Assembly: GCF_009914755.1 (NCBI RefSeq)
Contig: NC_060928.1
DNA length: 64,000 nucleotides
From: the human T2T-CHM13v2.0 reference genome, Homo sapiens
Reading direction: 5' to 3' (one strand)
Shown: positions 40,317 to 56,617 of the stretch, piece by piece
Layout of the letters: every line of letters begins with the position of its first letter
Position numbering within the stretch: the first letter of the stretch is position 1
Notes under the pieces: model-generated
Databases searched by the model: none
Told to the model about the DNA's origin: nothing
The model's input: only the letters and a program-made list of their open reading frames with translations
Position numbers and translations under genes: made by a program

Positions 40317-40444
40317 CACTTCCTTTTCATTTATCTTCTCCAGAGCCACCTGGTGCCTTTGATCCCTGACCTTCGGGAAATTCTCAAGTGCAAATTACGG
40401 TGGTTCTCCCTTTCCCCATGCCTGATTTGTGCTTGTTTTCTCAG

Positions 40445-40580
40445 CAGGGTCGTGGCGTGCTGTTGTGCAGGGTGTGTACAGCACCACTCCACAGCACAGC
40501 TTCACTCTGGAGTCTGAGTGAGCAGTGGCTCCTGAAGTGGGGCAGGACACAACCCACACAGCCAGATGCAGGGGCTTGCT
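40445..40580. mobile_element. MER91-like hAT MITE
   Basis: cagggtcgtggcgtgctgttgtgcagggtgtgtacagcac resembles the MER91 terminus. Confidence 0.6.
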
Positions 40581-40811
40581 GTGTCTCTAGTCTACTAAGT
40601 CATGGACCATTCATCTGTTTTTTGCAGTTGCCTAAATTTTGTTATTGTCTCTTCTTGCATTTTCCCTGTCCATGTCGTGCTCTGTCTTTAAAAAAAAAAT
40701 CCCTTCACTGTGGTTTTTGTGGAATTTCAGGAGAGACTGGGAGTGGCTTCATATGGCAGGTCCACTCTTTTTACTCAGTGCTCTCCTTAAACATCATTTT
40801 TACAATAAGAA

Positions 40812-40812
40812 T

Positions 40813-40854
<42 letters not shown>

Positions 40855-40871
40855 CACACACACACACACAC
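40812..40871 (+). repeat. Compound (TC)n(TA)n(CA)n microsatellite
   Basis: Direct reading. Confidence 0.95.
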
Positions 40872-42254
40872 TTTATACTTATGAGAACTGGGAATCTATC
40901 TGACTTGATACTATATTCTAGCATCTGCTATTAGTAACTGCATGTGTTATTTTGTAAAAATTGTTTTTCTCCTTTAGGGCTAAAGTTTAATTGCCTAGAA
41001 AATGAGAATTTGGACTGGATGCATTAGAGTCCTTTCCAGTTGTTGTTTATGCATGTTTATGTGTTGATGCCAATCTAGTACAGGGCCTCCTACATAGTGG
41101 GTTCCTGATGAATAATTATTAGATAGAATGACCACTGAGAAACAAAGTTGCCTTTTTTACAATTCTTCAAATTGTTTTTATTTTTGCAATTTTTTTCTTA
41201 ATAAAAAATGCCTGCTTTTGTATATTTAGTACAAGTATACACGAATGGGAGAATTCCCACTTGGAGGTGTAATGAAAGCTGAAATCTTATTCCTGGAGAT
41301 AAAAAATGAGAGCTGTACTTTATAGGGAATTAAATTTCCACTTCTTTTCTTGCAGTGGCCCATCAATCAACTCAGTTCACAGGAAGCCAAAATTTTCAGC
41401 TCACAATTAAACTGGAAGTCAACCAAAGAGCTCATAATGGAATGAATTTATGACTTTCATATGGGTCCAGCCAAAAAAAAAATAGCACAGATAAAGAGCT
41501 GACTTAGTTACAGTTCTATAGAGACAGAACTCACTGCTACCTACAGTGACAGCTTCTCAACTTCATTCTGGCTTTGCAGCCACCAGCCTCAGCAGATTCC
41601 ATAGATTCATTCACACCTTGGTTTTTTCTAAATGGGAGTGTGTGAACTGAAAGAAAAAGGGGCCACAGGGACTGATGTAACTATGAGCTGCTGAATTCAT
41701 GGTGCTACTTTGGAAATTAAGACTTTACTATACAGTGCAAGGCAAAGGTGAATTCAAATAAATGAAAATAGAGAAATTTACAAAAATGGTTCGGTTTTTA
41801 TGATATAACATTGCACCAATATCATCTAATCATTTTCCATTTAAAAACTTGTTTTTAAAATAATCTGAGGATGTGAAATTATTCTAAGTATGTTCTATGT
41901 TTTTAATCAAACTTGGTTTGTTCCATAATTTTTAACAGTTTTTATAATTTAATCAAGACAGATGTTTTACTTTGAGGCTACAATAATACGAATGAAAACT
42001 TTGTCAGCAAACTATTTAGAAGGTTTTCTGTAGGTGGTACTAATTGGGGACTATAAGTAGCTATTAACAACATAAATGTCGACTGAATTTGCCTCCTTCT
42101 CTGCAAAAACTAACAAAAACTAATGTAAAAGTAATATTAGCCCTCATTTGATACAACCACTCTTTGATGTAGGTATTTTTATTCCAGTTTATAGATGAAA
42201 AATACTCTTAGTCCATTTGACATAGTAGGATCATATCTGTCTTCTTTTGGTTGT

Positions 42255-43300
42255 TACATATTGTAAAACATTGAGAGATTTAAACAGGAGGTAATCTGAT
42301 TTGCCTAACATTTTAAGAGGTCACTCTTGCTGTTACAAGAAAAATATTGGCAGGACAATGGGCAGAAGGAATCCAGTTAGGAAACTATTACAGAACAGAT
42401 GAAACATGGTGGCTTATTGTGGTGCTAAAGGTGGAGATAAGGGGACAAATCAAAGAATGATTTTTGGATGAAGGATCTACAGGAAATGATGGACTAGCCA
42501 AGGGCAGTAAAAGAGGAGAAAGTAGAGAAAAATTCCCATGTTTTTCGAGCAATACAGATGCCATTTATTGAGCCAGAGAAACTGGAGAAGAAGCAGGTGT
42601 TAGAACTACATCAAGAGTTCAGGTTTGCATATGCTATGTTTGAGATGCTCACAAGACATCCAAGGTTGATGTGGAGTTGGCAGCTAGATACTTGAGTCTG
42701 GAGTTTAGAGGAGAGGCCATGACTCTCAATACATTTGGAAGTCTTCAGTACAGAGAAGGTATTTTAAACCACAGAAGAGATGAGAGGTTTTTGTTTTTGT
42801 TTTTGTTTTAATAGGAAGTGATTGTAGCATGAGAAGATAAGGCCAGGGACAGAACTTGAAGAAACCCAAACACCTAGAGCAAAAGACCCAAACTGGTGAC
42901 CCTTGATGCTGTTTTGTTTGGCCTGGACAATGTTTTGTTTTGTTTCAAATGTGAATTAGTTACCAATATTTGCAAGTCAGGACATTTCACATACAAATTT
43001 ATATTTGAAATTTGTCTTCGAAAAAGGAAGATACGGTAATACCTGTCTGATTCCCAGATGGACACCACTGGTGGGAGCTGAGAAAGAGCTGTGCCATTAG
43101 CCCAAGGAACACAGGCTCCAGGTCATCACAGTCACCAAATGGGCTAAATCAGTGGTTCACACTGCTTGCCTGGCCTGTGCAGACATTTATTTGAGTCTGA
43201 AATCTCATAGGAGGAGAGCAGAAGAACAGCAGAGGAAGGTAATCCCCCCAAAGAGCCTGAAAATTGCCCCCAAAGAGCCTGAAAACTGGAAGAATATAGT
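42255..43300 (-). mobile_element. L2 interrupted by MER102-like hAT element (about 42879-43208)
   Basis: L2: gagttcaggtttgcatatgctatgtttgagatgc; MER102: ttttgtttggcc...gaattagttaccaatattt...atttcacat. Confidence 0.75.
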
Positions 43301-43508
43301 GTCATTGATTCATTTCCTCATTTTCCTTTAAATATACTCCTTCATCTTTTATAAATAAAATCCATACCCAAGGAAAAGAGAGACTATAGTATTACTGGAT
43401 TGGCTGGGGTGGACTTAAAGACTGATCCCAAGTCATCTCATTCTCTGTCTTCAATCTTCTTATCACAATGTTACAGAGTGTCTGATTAGATGGAGCAGAA
43501 AATACTGT

Positions 43509-43797
43509 ATTTTATTTTTTTATTTTTGAGACAGGGTCTCTCTCTGTTGCCCAAGCTGAGTGCAGTGGCATGATCTCAGCTCAGTGCACCCTCTGCCTCA
43601 CAGCTCAAGCCATCCTCCCACCTCAGTCTCCCAAGTAGCTGGGACCACATACGTGTCCCACCACGCCCAGCTAATTTTTGCATTTTTTGTAGAGACAGGG
43701 TTTCGTTGTTGCCCAGGCTGGTGTTGAACTCCTGGGCTCAAGCAATCCTCCTGCCTTGCCCTGCTGGGATTACAGGCATGAGCCACCATGCCCGGCC
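43509..43797 (-). mobile_element. AluJ
   Basis: Full dimer. Confidence 0.93.
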
Positions 43798-44397
43798 TAT
43801 TCTATTTTAAATGGAGCTTTGTGACCTACTTTGTTCTCAAAACTATTGCTTTAATATATTTCCACTTTAATTCTGAGTAAAATCCATCAGTAGCCTAAAC
43901 TGTGGTTAACCAAATAATTCTCAGTGGTGGGGTTTATTAATTCCATTTAGTCCATAAATTATTGATATCTTTGGTTTATCTCTTTCCTCTTAAATACATA
44001 AAATGTTACCTAAAGACTCACAAGTTTCCCTTTGTGACACAGGCATTGCAGTTGTAGTTCTGCTGTGGTTTTGATATGATTGTCGATAACAGTGGGCCCC
44101 ATGACTCTTCAAGTTCTTTCCAACCCTGAGAAGACAAGACTCTGAAACCTGCCCTGTTCAGTGCTGGGTATATCCAGGGCCTTTATCAATTTCCTGGCTC
44201 AAACTCATTCCATTATCAATGTTCCCATGTCAGGATCCTGCTGCATTTCTTCATAAAGAGGAGGCACTTGGTAAATATTTCTAGAATTGAGATAAAATTG
44301 TAGTTGCTTTCTGGCCACATAGGAAAGTTTTTTATTTTAAGAACTAATAACAGTATTAATGCTTACTGAGTACTTAGTCCATGCCAAGAACTATGCT

Positions 44398-44872
<475 letters not shown>

Positions 44873-44995
44873 TAATAAAACCAAGGCTCAAAAAGGTTTA
44901 AAATTCCACAGCTTACATAATAGTAAGAGTTGGAAACAGAATTCAAATCCTGGTTTTATCTGACTCCAGAGTCCATGAACTTGACAATCATTACG

Positions 44996-45307
44996 TTTTT
45001 TTTTTTTTTTTTTGGTGAGTGACAGGGTCTTGCTCTATCACCCAGGCTGGAGTGCAGTGGGGTGATCATAGTTCACTCCAACCTTGAACTCCTGGGCTCA
45101 AGCAAGCTTCTCACTTCAGCCTTCTAAGTAGCTGGGGCTACCTATTGGCATGCACCACCCATATCTGGCTAATTAAAATATTTTTTTTCATACAGATGGA
45201 GTCTCACGATGTTGCCCAGGCTGGCTTTGAATTCCTGGCTTCAAGCCATCCTCCCACCTTGGTCTCCAAAGCACCAGGATTACAGGGGTGAGCCACCATA
45301 CCTGGCC
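44996..45307 (-). mobile_element. AluJ
   Basis: T tail and dimer. Confidence 0.93.
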
Positions 45308-47359
45308 CATAATCTGTTCTTGAGTTGAGATTCTTAACTTAAGGATTAGTGATTTGCAGGGTGGGGCTGGGGGATTAGGCATTTAAAATTACATACACAC
45401 ATTTATAGCTACATATAGGCCTTTTCCTGGTAGTTTTCATCAGATTCTCAAACTCACGAAAGGCTAAGAACCGTTCACTTAAATGATTTTGCATCCCTGG
45501 TGAGTTGGATAACACATTACAGTAAGCAACAGAATGGCTTGGTTTTGTTTGTGTTTTTTTTTAATGCATATTTTGGTTTACATTCCACTAGCTATGTGTT
45601 CTATTAACTTGACATGATAGTTTTCACATGAAGTCACTGCTTTCCTACTTAATTGTTTCTTTATGGTGGTTATTCAAAGCTAAAGCAGAAAACTATCCTT
45701 CCCTGAATGAGGTTTATTTACTCACTCTACTGCCTGTCTTATGAAAGAAGGCACAGACCAGTAGCAGGCTGGCATAAGTCCTCCTCTGTTAGGAATTAAC
45801 AAACATTGCCCTCAGAATAAGTGCTCTCTGTTTTGAGAGAAAATAAGGTGGTGGTTAATATAATCCCCCAGGTGGCCTATTCTCCAGGAGGTCTGGTGTT
45901 TGCATGCTGGGAGTTGCTCTGCATTACACAAAAGCTTATTTTTCCTCATGTACTTGAAAAGTAAGGTTTCAAAGAAAAATGGCATCCTTCTGTCCACTGC
46001 TGCTGATGCTTATCTTCTTGAAAATAGGGCATAATTTCCAATCAACCCTGTATTGTACAAGAGCACTATAGGGAAGGCACTTTCAACCACATTGGTTGAA
46101 TTATAATGTTGCTGTCTTTTCATCTCAGAATGTGAAACTCCCTTCAGGCTGGGGCAGTGTCTATATAGCCTGTCATTATGTTAGTGGGAAAGTTAATTAG
46201 ACTTTAAATGCAGCGTGTTTGCAATAAGGAAATGTGTTCCTTTGAATTCTTTGCCTTAGCAAGAATTTCTAAGGAGATAAACTACTTCCCACTTGGTTTA
46301 TGTTTTCCCATTTATGAGTGGCCTCTGATGTGAGAATGGCAAGGTCTCTGGACCGCTTTCCTCAGAGGGTATGCAATAGGGTGGATACTAATAGCTAGGA
46401 TAGACTGGCTCCTTCCTACATGCCAGGCATTTTGCTATGCCATTAAATATATCACACGTCACCCTCACAATAATACCGCTATGATGGCTTCACATGTTAT
46501 AGGTGAGGGTGAGCACATAGAAGATGGAAGAAGTGGGATCTCAACCCAAGTCAGTGAAATTGACAGTTGTACTATTCTGGAATGGCAGAGCTACTAGAGT
46601 TCTATTTGGCTGCTATGTTGCTCTTACAGACAAGACTCAGCCACATTTGGAAACCCAGCAGGCTTATGATACAAATTCATCCATTTGGCCAAGTGACTTC
46701 TAGAATTGTTCAGATATAACTGACAGTTTTGCCTTTTCAATTCCTGTTCCATAATTGCAAATATATACATCTTGCGGTCAAATTAGGAAAATTCTTTCTC
46801 ACCTTTCAGATGGGGAAGTTTAAAACATTGTTTTCATTTGGATTTGGTGAAGGAGAATTCCCTGTATATTAAATTAGAAGCCTGTATATTAAATTAGATC
46901 ACATAGTTAGGATTTCACTTTGCTTTTATCTCTTTGCTGTTGGTTTTCTTTCCCTGTGACACTTCATCTAGCAGGGGAAAGATTTTCTCCAACTGCTCAA
47001 ATTCCTTACTGATTTCCTTGGCAGTTCATTCATTGAGTCATTCCTTGCTAAGTGCCAAAAGAAGAGGCAAAGTGATTTTTACATTAGTTTTACATTTGTT
47101 TTTGCAGGGAAGGAGACAAAATCTAGTGCACATTGTGTTGTCAACAGTTTTTTTTTACAATGCCCAATTAGTACCACCTATTGAGAACCTTAAACATTAA
47201 GCATAATATCTGGTAGATGAAAGACTTTTGATGAATGTAAATATGATTGGTATGAAAAAGGAGTGTAAAAGAGAAAGTTGCCAAATGGATTTAGAGAGAT
47301 AGGCAGAGTTCATACATATTTATCCATTTCTGCAACCGTATAAAATTATCTATAGACCC

Positions 47360-47880
47360 CATTTATTCATTCAACAATTCACTTAATCTTTATTCAACAG
47401 ATGTTTATTGAACATGTATTAGGTACACAGCACTGCTGATGAGCAGTGTGGAGAAAAGAAAGATGACCTAAATACAGGCTCTGACTTTAAGCTGAATTTG
47501 ATCTACTAAAAGAGATCAGATTTGTATCCATAGAAATGTAATACAAGGTGACATATGCTAAAAGAGAGGTGTAAATAAAATGTTAAGGAAACAAAGGTGT
47601 GGGGAAAATATCACCTCTAAGTGGGTAACCAAGAGGATTCATGAAGTAGGTTACATGTAGGCTGGCAGTGAGGATCTAATTAGTATTGGGAAGTATGGAG
47701 GTAAGGGGAAATGGAATTCCTTCCAGAAGGGCCAGCATGACTATAGCAATCATCAAAGCAAATTTCAAGGCATGTGGATGGTTTGACTTGCCTGTGGCTT
47801 AGTGTATGAAGGATGTGGAATGGTTCAGACAGGTCACTGTGGCTCCTGAAGTGTTGGCTGTGGTTTCAATGAGATCAGAG
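47360..47880 (-). mobile_element. L2
   Basis: tttattcaacagatgtttattgaacat... Confidence 0.72.
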
Positions 47881-47971
47881 GGAGAAAGATTCTCTATATC
47901 CCCATCAACACTTACTATTTTGTGTTTATTTTTAAATTTTATTTATTTATTTTTAATATTAGTCATCCTAA

Positions 47972-48300
<329 letters not shown>

Positions 48301-49401
48301 TCATTGTGGTTTTGATTCACATTTCCCTGATGATCGGTGATGTTAAGTATCTTTTTTATGCTTGTTGGCCATTTGTACTTCTTCTTAGGAAAATTATCTA
48401 TTCAAGTCCTTTGCCTATTTTTCAATAGGGTTATTTATTCTGTAATTTGAGTTGTAGGAGTTCTTTGTGTATCCTGGATATTAACACCTTATCAAATATA
48501 TGGTTTGCAAATATTTTCTCTCATTCTGTAGCTTGTCTTTTCACTCTGTTGACTGTTTACTGTGCAGAAGATTTTAGTGTAATGTAGTCCAATTTGTCTA
48601 TTTTTGTTTTTGTTGCCTGTGCATTTGGTGTCATTTCCAAGAAATCCTTACCAAATACAATGCCATGAAGCTTTCCCCCTCCTGTTTTCCTCTAGGAGTT
48701 TTACAGTTTCAGGTCTTAGATTTAGGTATTTAATTCAGTTTGAGTGATTTTTTTGTATGCTTACGCTCTAAGATAAGGGTCCAATTACTTTCTTTTGCAA
48801 TGTGGACCTCCACTTTTCTCCACACCATTTTTTGACACTATCCTTCCACCACTATGTAGTCTTGGCTCACTGTTGAGGATTATTTGACCATATACATGAG
48901 GATCTCTATTCTGTTTTATTGGTCTACATGTCTGTCTTTATGCCAGTACCATATTGTTTTGATTACCATCACTCTGTAATATGTTTTGAAATTAGGAAGT
49001 GTGAGGCCTTCAATTTTGTTCTTCTTTCTCATGATTGTTTTGGCTATTTGGAGTAAATATGAGTTTTAGGACTGTTTTTCTGTTTCCACACAAAAAAAAT
49101 GCCATTGGGATTTTGATAAAGATTCCATTGAATTTACAGATTGCTTTGGGTAGTATGGACATTTTAACAACATTGTCTTCCAATCCGTGAACATGTGATA
49201 TCTTTCCATTTATTTATGTCTTAACTTTTTTAAGCAATGTTTTAAGTTTTCAGTGTACAAGTCTTTCACCTTGTTCATTAAGTTTATTCCTAAGTATTTT
49301 ACTTTTTTGATGCTATCATAAATGGAACTGTTTTCTTAATTTCCTTTCATATTGTTACTGTTCAGAAATTCAACTAATCTTTTATGTTAATTTTGTACCC
49401 T

Positions 49402-49662
49402 GCACTTTGGGAGGCTGAGGCAGAAGGATCACTTGAGTCCAGGAGTTCAAGACCAGCCTGGGCAACATAGCAAGATCATGTCTCTACAGATGAAAAAAAA
49501 CTAGCCTGGCATGGTGGCACATGTCTGTGGACCCAGCTATTTGGGAGGCTAAGCTGGCAGGATTACTTGAGCCCAGGTTGAGGCTCCAGTGAGCTGTGAT
49601 TGTGCCATTGTACTCCATCCTGTGTGGCAGAGCAAAATCCTGTCTCAAAAAGAAAAAAAAAA
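49402..49662 (+). mobile_element. AluJ, 5' truncated
   Basis: Starts at gcactttgggagg; A tail. Confidence 0.92.
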
Positions 49663-50964
49663 TTTGCACCTAGAAACTTTGACTTTGCTGAATAGTTTAT
49701 TAGTTTTAAGAGCATTTGAAATGTGGAATCTTTAAAGTTTTCTACATATAAGATCATGTCATTTTGTGAACAGAGATAATTTTATTTCCTCCTTTCCAAA
49801 TTGGATGCTTTTTATATATTTTTTTCTTTCCTAATTGCTCTGACTAGGACTTCCAGTACTGTGTTTAATAGAAGTGGTAAGAGTGAGCATTCTTGTCTTG
49901 TTCCTGATCTTGGAAGAAAGCTTTCAGTTTTTCACCATCTAGAATGATGTTAGCTATAGACTTTTCATACTTGACCTTTCTTATGTTGAGGGAATTCTTT
50001 TATTCCTAGTTTGTTGAATATTTTTATTATAAAAGCATGTTGAATTTTTTCAAATGCATTTTCTGCATCAGTTGAGATAATCATGTGATTTTCATTCTTT
50101 GTTCTGTTAATGTGGTGTATTACACTGACTGATTTTTTTTTGTATACTGAATCATCCTTGCATTCCAGGGATAAATCCCACTTGGTCATGGTATATAATC
50201 TTTTAATGTACTGTTTAAATTGATTTCCTCATATTTTGTCAAAGATTTTTGCATCAATATTTATTGGTTATATTGGTCTGTAATTTTCTTTTCTTGTAGT
50301 ATCTTTGTCTGGATTTGGTATTATGGTAATACAGGCCTCATAAAATAGTTTAGAAGTGTCCCCTCCTCTCCAGTCTTTTTTTTTTTTGGAAGAGTTTGAG
50401 AAGAACTGTCATAAATTCTTTTTTAAATGTTTGGGATAATTCTCCAGTAAAGCCATCTGGTCCTGGGTTTTTTTTTGTTTGTTTGTTTGTTTGTTTTTTT
50501 TAAACAAAAGGTCTTTTTATTACTGGTTCAATCACCTTACTAGTGATAGGTTGGTTGAAATTTCCTATTTCTTCATGATTCAGTCATAACAGATTGCATT
50601 TGTCTAGGAATTTCTACATTTATACATTTCTTCTAGGTTATTCACAGTAGTCTCATAATATTTTTTATTTCTTTGGCATTAGTTGTAATGTCTCCTCTTT
50701 AATGTCTAACTATTTATTCAAGTCTTCTCTTTATTTTAATTAGTCTAGCTAAGGATCTGTCAATTTGGTTGATCCTTTCAAAACACAAATTCTAAGTTTG
50801 GTTGCTTTATTCCATTGTCTTTCTATTCTCTATTTCATTTATATCTGCTCTAATCTTTATTATTCCCTTGAAATTCTGCTAATTTTGAATTTGGTTTGTT
50901 TTCTTTTCTCTAGTTCCTTGAGGTATAAAGTTTGGTTCTTTGAGATCTTTCTTTTTTAATGTAG

Positions 50965-51318
<354 letters not shown>

Positions 51319-51420
51319 TAAGTCTTGGTACATTACCTTTTTGTTTTCATTTGTCTCAAGACGTTTTCCAGTTTATCTTGTGATTTCTTCTTTGACCCAC
51401 TGGTTATACAAGAGAGTGTT

Positions 51421-51718
51421 GGTTGGGCATGGGGGCTCATGCCTGTAAACTCAGTCCTTTGGGAGGCCAAGGTGGGAGGATTGCTTGAACCCAGGAGTTT
51501 GAGACCAGGCTGGGCAACATAATGAGACTATGTCTCTATGAAAAACCAAACAAAGCAAAAGAGCCAAGTGTAGTGACATGTACCTGCAGTCCCAGCTACT
51601 CAGGAGGTTGAGGTGGGAGGATATCATGAGCCCAGGAGTTTCAGGCTGCAGTGAGCTATGATCATGTCACTGCATTCTAGGCTGGGTGACAAAGCAAGAC
51701 TCCATCTCTTTAAAAAAA
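51421..51718 (+). mobile_element. AluJ
   Basis: TSD aagagagtgtt/aagaggatgtt. Confidence 0.93.
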
Positions 51719-51829
51719 GAGGATGTTGTTTAATTTCTACATTTTGATGAGCTTTCCAGTTTGCTATTGATTTCTGGTTTCATTTCACTGTGGTTGGAAA
51801 AGATATTTCGTATGATTTCAATCTTCTTA

Positions 51830-52135
<306 letters not shown>

Positions 52136-54732
52136 TCAATCTTCTTAAATTTCTTAAGACTTGTTTTGTGGCCTAACATGTGATCTATCCTTGAGAATGT
52201 TTCATGTGCATTTGAGAAAAATGTGTATTCTGCTACTGTTGGGTGGAGTGTCCTGTATATGTCTGTTTGATCCAACTGATCTATAGTGTTGCTCTATTCT
52301 ATTTATGCCTATTGTTCTCAGTCTGGTTTTCTATCTATTTTTGAAAATGGGGTATTGAAATCTCTTACTCTTATTGTGTTACTATTTTCCCTTTAAATTC
52401 TGTACATGTTTGCTTCATATATTTGGGTGCTCTGTTAGGTAAATATATATTAATAATTGTTATATCTTTCTGAATAATTAACCTTTTAATCATTATATAA
52501 TGACATTCTTTGTCTCTTGTGACAGTTGTTTACTTAGTCTAATTTTTTCTGATATGAGCACCTCTGTTCTCTCTGGTTACCATTTACATGGAACATCTTT
52601 TTTCATCTTTTCCCTTTAGCTCAGGTATGTCCTTAAATCTAAAGTGACTGCCTTGTAGACGGCATATAGTTACCTTTTGTTTTTCATTTATTTAGTCTTT
52701 TGATCTGAGAGTTTATTCACAGTTAAAGTAATTACTGATAGGGAAGTACTTATTATTTTCATTTTATCATTTTCTATGTTGTAGTTATCTCTCTTTTTCC
52801 CTCTCTTGCTGCCTTCTTGTTAGTTTTGTTCATTTTTTTTTGTAGTGCTATATACTTTGATTTGTTTCTCATTTATCTTTTGTGTACTTTTTTGAGTATT
52901 TTCTTTGTGGTTACTATAGAGATGACATAAAACATGTCAGAGTTATAATAATCTATTTTAAGCAGATAATGCCACATATAAAAACTCTACTCTTATATAT
53001 TCCCTTCTACACTAAGTTACTGATGTTATAAATTATATCTTTAGTATATTTTACATCCATTAAAATAGTTTTTTTCACCTTTGTCCTTTAAATTCTATAC
53101 CAGAATTAAAAGTGATTTATGTACCACCATTACAGTATTTATGCACCACCCTATCACAGTATTGTGTATTTGTCTACATATTTACTTTTGCCACTGAGCT
53201 TCATGGTGCCGTAAGCTTTTGTGTTACTATCTAATGTTCTTTTGTTTCAACTTAAAGAACTCACTTTAGCATTTCTTGTAAGGCAGGTCTAGTGATGACA
53301 AACTCTCTCAGCTTTTGTTAATCTGGGCAAGTCTTTATTTCCCCTTCAGTTTTGAGGACAGTTTTTCAGTATATAGTATTTTTGGTTGACATTTTTTTCC
53401 CTTTTTCTCAGTACTTTAAATATATCATCTCACTCTTTTCTAGCCTATAAGGTTTCTGCTAAGAAATCTGCTGATAATCATATGTAAGCTCCCTTGTGTG
53501 TGATAAGCTAATTTTTTCTTGCTGCTTTCAAGATTCTATCTCTGTCTTTGACTTTGGACAATTTGATTGTAATGTGTCTCAGTGTAGACCTCTTTAGGTT
53601 TACCATATTTAGAGCTCACTGAACTTCTTGAATTTAGATGTTCATATCTTTCCTTAGATTTGGGAAGCTTTCAGCCATTATGCCTTTGAAGAAGCTCTTT
53701 GACCCTTTCTCTCTCCCTTTTTCTTTTAGAACTCTCATGATGCACATATTTGTCCACCTGATGGTACAGCATAAGTCCCTTAGGCTTTCTTTATTGTACT
53801 TCACTTTTTTTTTTTGCTCTTATGACTTGATAATTTCAAGTGACTTTTCCTCAAGTTCACTGATTCTTCCTTCTGTTTAATCAAGTCTGCTGTTAATCTC
53901 CCTCAGTAAAATTTTCAATTCAGTTACTGTAGTCTTCAACTCTTGAATTTCTGTTTGTTTCTTCTTCATAGTTTTTCTTTGTTGATATTCTCATTTTATT
54001 CATACATCATTTTCCTAATTATATCCAGCTGTCTATCTGTGCTCTCCTTTAATTCATTGGGCATCTTTAAGATGATTCTTTTGAAACGATTTATCTGATA
54101 ATTCATATATCTCCATTTTTTAGGGGTAATTTCTGGATATTTAATTTGTTCGTTTGATTGGGCCATATTTTCCTGTTTCTTTGTACTCCTTTTCATGCTT
54201 TGTTGGGACTTCAGTATTTGAATTATCTGCCACTTCTCCCAGTCTTTGCAGTCTGGTTTCATACAGGTACAGGTAGTTCGCCAACCAGCCCAGCTAGAGA
54301 TTCTGGAGATCTCTCAGGCCTTTTCTGAGGATGTGTGCTTTCTGGGTTTTTGTATGTAATCTAATTGCAGAGGTTTGCCAGTTTTACTCAGAAGCTTCCC
54401 CAGTGTCTGCATCACTGAAGCCTTTCTGGTGCTTTGTAGCAAGCTGTGGTACTGGAGCTCCCCCTTGTGTTTATGTTTGAGACACGTGCTCAACCAAGTC
54501 CTCTTCATCACTTTTGTTTTTTTTGGCCCCCTGACCTGCTGCCTTGTTCCTGTCTGTGCTTAGATTTCGGGAAGACAGAAGCCAGTCCCTTAGGTAACAC
54601 CCCCTCCAAAAGTCAGAATATTAGACATCCCACTTTACAATCATTTTTCTCTTTCTCTGCTTGAGAAGAACTCTGAGTTGGGAGTTTTCTCCAATGGCAC
54701 CATGCTATACTAGAGGGGAGGGGCTCTGGTGA

Positions 54733-55730
<998 letters not shown>

Positions 55731-55772
55731 TTGAGCTTCTTTTTATATATGTTCTAAGAAGTATGTACATCT

Positions 55773-56054
<282 letters not shown>

Positions 56055-56449
56055 CTATTTTGGAAAGTGAATGTTCAAGTCAATGTTAGCTTTTACTTAT
56101 TTGCTTTTACTCCACATTTTTCCGGAATAGAGGAGTGTGCATACAAGTGTGTATGTGGTTGTGTTCAGCTGAGTGGAGTGGGTAGTAGTGAAAAACAGGA
56201 AATAAATAAGAAAAGCTGAACTAGGCATCCCACAATGCTCCACTAGTGACATAAGGCAGGTCACCCACATGCTTTGCCCATTTTTAAATTGGGTTGTTTG
56301 TCTTCTTACTGAGTTGTATGTTCTGAATGCAAATTCTTTATATGTTCTGAATGCAAATTCTTTGTTAGACATAGGTATTGCAAATATTTTCTCTCAGCTT
56401 GAGGCCTGACTTTTCATTTTCTTAAAGATGTCCTTAAAGGAACAAAAGT

Positions 56450-56617
56450 TTTATTTATTTATTTTTAGACAGTCTCACTCTGTTGACCATACTGGAGTGC
56501 AGCAACACAATCTTGGCTTATTGCAGCCTCGACACCCTGGACTCCAGCAATCCCCCTCTACCTCAGCCTCCCTGGTAGCTGGGACTACAGGTGCGTACCA
56601 CCACAGCTAGCTAATTT
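56450..56617 (-). mobile_element. Alu right monomer (FRAM-like)
   Basis: TSD aaaagtttta. Confidence 0.85.

Noticed and set aside
40388-40903. Longest ORF (171 aa, plus strand)
   Set aside because: Non-ATG start; runs through a MER91-like element and microsatellites; no domain resemblance
46082-46100. 8-bp inverted repeat ttcaacca-cat-tggttgaa
   Set aside because: Expected by chance in 64 kb
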